A stretch of 64,000 nucleotides of DNA from an uncultured delta proteobacterium (GTDB lineage: Bacteria; Desulfobacterota; Binatia; Binatales; Binataceae): contig CAWEEQ010000002.1 of assembly GCA_963808235.1 (NCBI GenBank), forward strand, positions 96,001-160,000, written 5' to 3'. Positions 58,064 through 64,000 of this stretch are shown piece by piece. Position 1 is the first letter of the stretch. Every line of letters begins with the position of its first letter. The position numbers were made by a program, and so were the translations under genes. A model generated the notes under the pieces. The model did no database searches and was not told where the DNA came from. It saw nothing but the letters and a program-made list of their open reading frames with translations.

Positions 58064-60289
58064 ATGGCGATTTCAAGAATAGACGCTGACTTCGACGAGT
58101 CATCGGCGGATTCGTATCGGAGCAACCGTGAATCGGCGCATCTCGTCCAGTTTTACGAGGCCGATTCGTTTTTGCTCGAAGCGCTCGGCCGGTTGGTCGG
58201 CGATAGCCTGATCGCGGGTGATTCGAGCGTCATCATCGCCACCGAGACGCATCGCGATGGTCTCGAAGCAGCCTTGCGGGCCCGCGGCCTGGACATCGAT
58301 TCGATCCGCAGCGCGGGGCGGTACGTCGCGCTCGATGCCGCCGAGACTCTGGCTACGTTCATGGTTGATGATTTTCCGGACGAAGCTCTTTTTCGCGCTG
58401 TCATCGCGGAAGTGATCGAGCGCGCAGCGGCGAACAGCGAGAGCCATCACGTCTATGCATTCGGCGAGATGGTTGCGCTGCTGTTTGCGGCCGGAAAGGG
58501 AGACGCGGTGGTCCGCCTTGAGCAGCTTTGGAACAAGCTTGGAGAGGAACTGCCGTTCTCATTGTGCTGCGGTTACCCCTTGAACCAGTTTTCCAACAAA
58601 CCGGACGAACCGTTATTCCTCAAAATTTGCTCGGAGCACTCCCAGGTTGTGCCGGCTGAGAGTTACACGGAACTGGCGAGTTGCGACGACCGTCTTCGCC
58701 CAATCACCTACCTGCAGCACAAGGCCAAGATTTTCGAGACCGAGAAGGAGGGGCGAAAGGAAGCCGAAAAGTCTCTGTCTCTCCACCAGAAAGAGCTGGA
58801 GGATTTTCTAGAGAACGGCGCGGAGGGCCTGCAACAAGTCGGTCCGGATGCGAGGATTTTGTGGGCGAACCCTGCTCAGCTGCGATTGCTCGGATATTCG
58901 GCGCAGGAGTACGTCGGGCATCAGCTTGCAGATTTCTACGTGCAGCGCGAAGCGTTCGACGAATTCTGGCGCTTGATCATGGCGCAAGAGACTGTTTACG
59001 ACTTTCCGGCCGCGCTCCGGTGCAGAGACGGATCGATACGCCAGGTCCTGATTCATTCGAGCGGATATTGGGAAGACGGGAAGTTCCTGTATACGAGATG
59101 CTTCATTCGCGACGTAACCGAGCGTGTGCGGCTGGAAGACGAGCTTCGAGAGAGAGCCGATGAGCTCGCGGACGCCGATAAGCGGAAAAATGAGTTCCTC
59201 GCGATGCTCGGGCTTGAACTCCGCAACCCGCTTTCGGCGCTGTCGCACGCGATTGCGACCGCCGTTCGCGACGCATCGCGCCGCGATCGCGCGCTCGACA
59301 TCGCGCGGCGCCAGACCAGCCATCTTGCCCGCCTCGTCAACGATCTTCTCGACGTCACCAGGATCACGAAGGGAAAGATCTCGCTTCAAAAAGAACCGGT
59401 GCAACCAGGATCAATTGTCAATTGCGCTATCGAAGAGGTGCGCGATCTGATTGAGGCGCGCCGCCAACGGCTGACGGTATCGATTCCGGTCGCCGCCGAG
59501 AAGATCAGGGTGCAGGCCGACCCGGCGCGTTTGCAGCAGGCGCTCAGCAATCTGATCCACAACGCCGCGAAGTTCACTCCGCACGGCGGCATGATCGACG
59601 TGGTGCTCCAGTGCAAAGACGGCAGAGCGGTGCTGCGGGTGCGCGACTCCGGCGTGGGGATTTCGCCGGCGATGCTCCTTCGAGTTTTCGATCTATTTAC
59701 GCAAGGTGAGACTTCTCCGGACCGAACTCAAGGCGGGCTCGGAATCGGGCTGACCCTGGCCAAACAAATCGTCGAGATGCACGGCGGGCAAATCGAGGCG
59801 CGCAGCCATGGGCTCGGCAAGGGTTGCGAATTCGAAATTTCGCTGCCGTTGATGGCAGAAAGAATCGAGAAGAGCGCGACGTTGAGCGATGAGGCGCCTT
59901 GCGAACATACACGCGCACGGCGCGTCCTGATCGTCGAAGACCACGTTGACGCAGCTGAAAGCCTGACTGGGTTGCTGGAGCTCCTCGGCCACGAGGTTCG
60001 CGTCGAGGGGAACGGGGCGGATGCTCTCGATACGCTCTCCAGCAACGACTTCGAGGCAGTCCTGATCGACATCGGCCTTCCCGATATGGACGGCTACGAG
60101 GTGGCGCGCCGGATTCGCATGCTGCCTGGATCCAGAAAAAAGCTGCTGGTCGCGCTGACCGGCTATGGGCAGCCAGAGGACCAGCGACGCGCGCTGTCGG
60201 CCGGCTTCGATCAACATCTGGTGAAGCCGGTGAACGTCGAGCGGCTGCAGCACATTCTGACCGAGTCCGCCGGATCCGGCACCGTTTAG
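58064..60289 (+). CDS. Hybrid sensor kinase-like protein MEDS-PAS-HisKA-HATPase-REC; H-box His replaced by Leu
   Basis: HLVQFY and FGEMV (MEDS), PAS, LGLELRNPL, NAAKFT, DSGVG, GGLGIGL, LIDIGLPDMDG. ATG 58064 follows GAGG; the ORF extends to 57989. Confidence 0.9.
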   Translation: MAISRIDADFDESSADSYRSNRESAHLVQFYEADSFLLEALGRLVGDSLIAGDSSVIIATETHRDGLEAALRARGLDIDSIRSAGRYVALDAAETLATFMVDDFPDEALFRAVIAEVIERAAANSESHHVYAFGEMVALLFAAGKGDAVVRLEQLWNKLGEELPFSLCCGYPLNQFSNKPDEPLFLKICSEHSQVVPAESYTELASCDDRLRPITYLQHKAKIFETEKEGRKEAEKSLSLHQKELEDFLENGAEGLQQVGPDARILWANPAQLRLLGYSAQEYVGHQLADFYVQREAFDEFWRLIMAQETVYDFPAALRCRDGSIRQVLIHSSGYWEDGKFLYTRCFIRDVTERVRLEDELRERADELADADKRKNEFLAMLGLELRNPLSALSHAIATAVRDASRRDRALDIARRQTSHLARLVNDLLDVTRITKGKISLQKEPVQPGSIVNCAIEEVRDLIEARRQRLTVSIPVAAEKIRVQADPARLQQALSNLIHNAAKFTPHGGMIDVVLQCKDGRAVLRVRDSGVGISPAMLLRVFDLFTQGETSPDRTQGGLGIGLTLAKQIVEMHGGQIEARSHGLGKGCEFEISLPLMAERIEKSATLSDEAPCEHTRARRVLIVEDHVDAAESLTGLLELLGHEVRVEGNGADALDTLSSNDFEAVLIDIGLPDMDGYEVARRIRMLPGSRKKLLVALTGYGQPEDQRRALSAGFDQHLVKPVNVERLQHILTESAGSGTV

Positions 60290-60456
60290 GACTCGCAGCT
60301 GGTAGCAGTCATATCGTCTCCTACCAATCGCGCAGCACTGACGCGGGATTGCTGTGTGCCGAACCAGGACGGCACCGGCACGGGAGGTTCAGTTGCGCGG
60401 CGCGCATCCGCCGTTGTAATTGAACATCCAGAGAACATCTTACGCAGGAGCGTCAT

Positions 60457-61860
60457 ATGCCCGGACACACAATGACTATTGGCGGCAAGGCGGTGAAGGG
60501 ATCGAAAAGCGCAGGCGTGGTCAATCCGTCTACCGGTAAAGTGTTTGCCGAGGTTCCCGACTGCACGAAGGCTGAGCTCGATCAGGCAATGGACGCCGCC
60601 CAGAGCGCGTTTCCGGCCTGGAGCCGCGATATCGGCACGCGCCGCAAAGTGCTCGGCGAGTGCGCCGCGGCGCTGCAGAATCCGGAAGGACTCGCGCGCA
60701 TGCTCACCCAGGAGCAGGGCAAGCCGCTCGACAAGGCGGGCCAGGAGATCATGCTGACCTCGATGTGGTGCGGGTACACGGCGAGCCTCGATTTACCCAC
60801 CGACGTGCTTCAGAACGATGCTAACGGCCGAATTGAAATCCGTCGCAAGCCGCTCGGCGTGGTCGCCGCGATTACGCCGTGGAATTATCCGCTGATGCTT
60901 GGGATGTGGAAGATCGCGCCGGCGCTGCTGGCGGGCAATACGATAGTGCTCAAACCGTCTCCGTTCACGCCGATCACCACGCTGATGCTTGGCGAGATTC
61001 TGCGCGATATCGTGCCGCCCGGAGTGATCAACGTGATTTCCGGCGGTGACGAGTTGGGCGGGTGGATGACGAGTCATCCGGTACCGAGAAAAATTTCGTT
61101 CACCGGTTCGGTCGCAACCGGCAAGAAGGTCGCCGCGGCTGCCGCCCCGGATCTCAAGCGGGTAACCCTCGAACTCGGCGGAAACGATGCCGCGATCGTG
61201 TTGTCGGACGTGGACCTTGCCGCGGTCGCGCCGAAAATTTTCTGGGGAGCGATGGAAAACAGCGGGCAGATCTGCAGCGCGATCAAGCGTGTGTACGTTC
61301 CCGAGCAGATGTACGCGCCGATGCTTGAGATCCTCGGCGAGCTTGCGCGCGGGGTCAAGGTCGGCGACGGACTCGAAGCCGGCACTCAGATGGGACCGAT
61401 CAACAATCGCCCGCAGTTCGAGCGCGTTACCGAGCTGGTCGAAGATGCGAAGAAGCACGGTGCCAAGATTGTCAGCGGGGGCGCGCGCGTAGGCAGCGAG
61501 GGATATTTCTTTGCGCCGACGATCGTCGGCAATATCTCTGACGGTGTGCGGCTCGTCGATGAAGAGCAATTCGGGCCGGCGCTGCCGATCATCCCTTATA
61601 AGGACGTCGATGACGCGGTGCGCCGCGCGAATGCCACGCACTTCGGGCTCAGCGGTTCGGTGTGGTCGAAGGATTCGAATCGCGGTGCGGAAGTCGCGGC
61701 GCAACTCGAGTGCGGCTCAGCCTGGGTCAATCAGCATCTCGCGATCGCGCCGAATCTCCCGTTCGGAGGAGCCAAGTGGTCGGGAATCGGCGTCGAGAAT
61801 GGGCCGTGGGGCCTGCTCGGTTTCACCGAGATCCAGGTGGTGAACGTCACCAACATGTAA
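60457..61860 (+). CDS. Aldehyde dehydrogenase
   Basis: PWNYP, KPS, FTGS, LELGGN, GQICSA, EEQFGP, PFGG. Confidence 0.96.
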   Translation: MPGHTMTIGGKAVKGSKSAGVVNPSTGKVFAEVPDCTKAELDQAMDAAQSAFPAWSRDIGTRRKVLGECAAALQNPEGLARMLTQEQGKPLDKAGQEIMLTSMWCGYTASLDLPTDVLQNDANGRIEIRRKPLGVVAAITPWNYPLMLGMWKIAPALLAGNTIVLKPSPFTPITTLMLGEILRDIVPPGVINVISGGDELGGWMTSHPVPRKISFTGSVATGKKVAAAAAPDLKRVTLELGGNDAAIVLSDVDLAAVAPKIFWGAMENSGQICSAIKRVYVPEQMYAPMLEILGELARGVKVGDGLEAGTQMGPINNRPQFERVTELVEDAKKHGAKIVSGGARVGSEGYFFAPTIVGNISDGVRLVDEEQFGPALPIIPYKDVDDAVRRANATHFGLSGSVWSKDSNRGAEVAAQLECGSAWVNQHLAIAPNLPFGGAKWSGIGVENGPWGLLGFTEIQVVNVTNM

Positions 61861-61950
61861 GACGGCAACGGCGGGCAGCAATCGCGAACCTGGGAACCGG
61901 CGCCTGCGCGGATTCGTTTGATAAGAGCGATGCGCGAAGGTTTCATCTCC

Positions 61951-62586
61951 ATGCGAATAGTTCTTCGGCGCGGATTTCTGCTCGTCGGAATCCTCGTCCT
62001 CACGTTTGGCGGGGCCCTGCTCGACTCGGTGCACGCCGCCGACGTAAAGACAACTGAGGTAGCGACTTTCGCCGGCGGATGTTTCTGGTGCATGCAGCCC
62101 GCATTCGAGGGACTTCCCGGCGTCGTCTCGACAACCGTCGGCTACACCGGCGGGCAGAAGGTCAATCCGACTTACGAGGAAGTTTCCGCCGGCGGCACCG
62201 GCCACGCCGAATCGATCGAGGTAACTTTCGATCCGGCGAAGACCAGCTATCGCAAGATGCTCGATGTATTCTGGCACAATATCGATCCCACCACGCGCGA
62301 TCGCGAGTTCTGCGACGTCGGACATCAGTACCGCACCGCAATTTTTTTTCACGATCACGAACAGGAAATCGAAGCGAAGGAGTCTGAAGCCGCACTCGAA
62401 GAATCAAAGCCGTTCAGGGATCCGATCGTGACTGAAATCGTGCCAGCTTCGAAATTTTATCCAGCCGAGGACTATCACCAGGACTACTACAAGAAAAACC
62501 CGCTTCGATACGAGTTCTACCGCTACCGATGCGGTCGCGACCAGCGACTGCGCGAGCTGTGGGGCGCGGCCAGCGGCGGACATTAG
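61951..62586 (+). CDS. msrA: Exported peptide methionine sulfoxide reductase A
   Basis: FAGGCFWC, GYTGG, TGHAE, QYRTAIF, AEDYHQDYY; N-terminal signal peptide. Start uncertain (61918-61951). Confidence 0.93.
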   Translation: MRIVLRRGFLLVGILVLTFGGALLDSVHAADVKTTEVATFAGGCFWCMQPAFEGLPGVVSTTVGYTGGQKVNPTYEEVSAGGTGHAESIEVTFDPAKTSYRKMLDVFWHNIDPTTRDREFCDVGHQYRTAIFFHDHEQEIEAKESEAALEESKPFRDPIVTEIVPASKFYPAEDYHQDYYKKNPLRYEFYRYRCGRDQRLRELWGAASGGH

Positions 62587-62631
62587 AAAACGCGCTCGAC
62601 TCGCAGCGAACGTCCCAGGAGAAATACAAAC

Positions 62632-63498
62632 ATGGCGTACGACGACGGAATCAAACCTCCGATGCTGCAAAATCAAATCTCGCGGCGCGCGTTCATGGTG
62701 GGGAGCCTCGCGGCCGGCTTTGCGCTGGCCGTGATGCCAGTGTCGGCGGAAACGATCACGACTGACAGCAACGGCCTGGTCGCCGGTGAAGTCAGGATTC
62801 CGGTCGAAGGCGGCGAGATTCCGGCGTATCGCGCGATGCCGGCGGTGGGCGGTCCCTTCCCTACCATCCTGGTCGTGCACGAGATTTTTGGCGTGCACGA
62901 GCATATCAAGGACATCTGCAGACGCCTCGCCAAACTCGGCTACTTCGCAGTCGCGCCGCTGCTCTACTCTCGCGAAGGCGACGTATCCGGTCTGAGTGAC
63001 GTGCCGTCGATTTTGAAGGTGGTCGCAAAAGTTCCCGACAAGGATGTCGCCGCCGACCTTGACGCAACGGTGGCATGGGCCAGGAGCACCGGAAAGGCCG
63101 ACACCACAAAATTGGGCATCACCGGATTTTGTTGGGGCGGCCGGCAGGTTTGGCTCTACGCCGCGCACAACCCGGCTCTCAAAGCCGCCGTCGCGTGGTA
63201 TGGTCCGCTGCAGTTGCCGCCAAGCGATCTCAGGCCGAAAAATCCGATCGATCTGGTGAATCAGATCAACGCGCCGGTACTCGGTCTCTACGGCGGCGCT
63301 GACCAGTCAATTCCGATTGCGCAAATCGAACAGATGCGGGCCGCACTGAAGGCCGCCGGCAAAAAATCAGAGATCGTCATCTATCCCGATACGCCGCACG
63401 GCTTCAACGCGGACTATCGTCCGAGCTACCGGCCCCAGGCGGCCAAGGACGGCTGGACCCGGATGCAGGCGTGGTTCAAGGAAAACGGCGTCGCGTGA
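62632..63498 (+). CDS. Dienelactone hydrolase family protein with Tat-like signal
   Basis: [28 protein letters not shown]. Confidence 0.93.
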   Translation: MAYDDGIKPPMLQNQISRRAFMVGSLAAGFALAVMPVSAETITTDSNGLVAGEVRIPVEGGEIPAYRAMPAVGGPFPTILVVHEIFGVHEHIKDICRRLAKLGYFAVAPLLYSREGDVSGLSDVPSILKVVAKVPDKDVAADLDATVAWARSTGKADTTKLGITGFCWGGRQVWLYAAHNPALKAAVAWYGPLQLPPSDLRPKNPIDLVNQINAPVLGLYGGADQSIPIAQIEQMRAALKAAGKKSEIVIYPDTPHGFNADYRPSYRPQAAKDGWTRMQAWFKENGVA

Positions 63499-63550
63499 AG
63501 TTCATCGAATCATTGTAGTAGCGGACTGACTATTGTTGTGGCTAATCACT

Positions 63551-64000
63551 TCAACTTGGATATGGATAGCCATTTGCGAGCACTTTGATTAGCTCCGCGT
63601 CATGGCCATAGATGTCTTCGAAGAATCGAACTTCGCCGTCCGGCTCGACTACCGCCGTACTATACAGAATCAGTACTGGAATCGGCTTGGCGAGATTCAC
63701 CTGAGTGGTGGTGTCGCCATTCATAACCGCGCGAATCCGGTCCACGGTCCACTCCGGCTTGTCCCTCAATACCCAGGCCGCCAGCCCGACTGGATTTTCA
63801 ACGCGGATACATCCGTGACTGAAGTCGCGCCGGGCGCGCGTGAACAACTCCGGCTCCGGCGTGCTATGCATGTAGACGTTGTAGGAATTCGGGAAAATGA
63901 ATTTTACCAGGCCGAGCGCATTTTTGGGCCCTGGTTTTTGCCGAATGCTGTAAGCGCCCGAACGAAGTCCGCTCATGACGCTGTCCGAAACCGATCCGTC
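63551..64000 (-). CDS. L,D-transpeptidase (YcbB/LdtD-like), 3' part, truncated by the window edge
   Basis: RQKPGPKNALGLVKFIFPN, YMHSTP, SHGCIRV, DIYG; frame open to the window end. Confidence 0.92.
   Translation of the reverse strand, partial: DGSVSDSVMSGLRSGAYSIRQKPGPKNALGLVKFIFPNSYNVYMHSTPEPELFTRARRDFSHGCIRVENPVGLAAWVLRDKPEWTVDRIRAVMNGDTTTQVNLAKPIPVLILYSTAVVEPDGEVRFFEDIYGHDAELIKVLANGYPYPS

Noticed and set aside
1-64000. CRISPR arrays, IS elements, integrases, prophage or known anti-phage defence genes, rRNA
   Set aside because: No regularly spaced repeats or matching protein motifs seen by eye; very divergent members cannot be excluded without HMM searches.

Overview
High-GC bacterial chromosomal window, densely coding, with no rRNA, CRISPR array, integrase or transposase detected. 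Gene content resembles a deltaproteobacteria-like lineage such as Ca. Binatota, but this is an inference, not a database result. Housekeeping genes: metH, trmFO, HU, topA, dprA, pyrF, archaeal/eukaryote-type proS, trpS, nfo, nadK-recN, tRNA-Ala(GGC), msrA. Accessory modules: (i) CusCBA-type Cu/Ag efflux operon with a small Cys-rich, PP-tailed upstream ORF; (ii) TetR-DJ-1/InhA-VOC operon with a perfect 18-bp operator; (iii) HU followed by three GT-C-like membrane proteins, a methyltransferase and tandem Zn-ADHs; (iv) an ECF42 sigma/DGPF module with its promoter motif; (v) a divergent MarR / degenerate hemerythrin / ferritin-like locus where a 21-bp box precedes both marR and the hemerythrin gene; (vi) an orphan HTH antitoxin and an orphan membrane sensor; (vii) after tRNA-Ala, an RcnR-type repressor with a non-canonical P1B-ATPase and a hybrid kinase lacking its phospho-acceptor His. 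Best leads: the MarR-hemerythrin-ferritin locus, the putative nascent-peptide copper sensor, the RcnR + GACG-motif ATPase pair, the His-less kinase, and the tandem-hairpin metH leader. All family calls come from motif recognition by eye; no searches were run.
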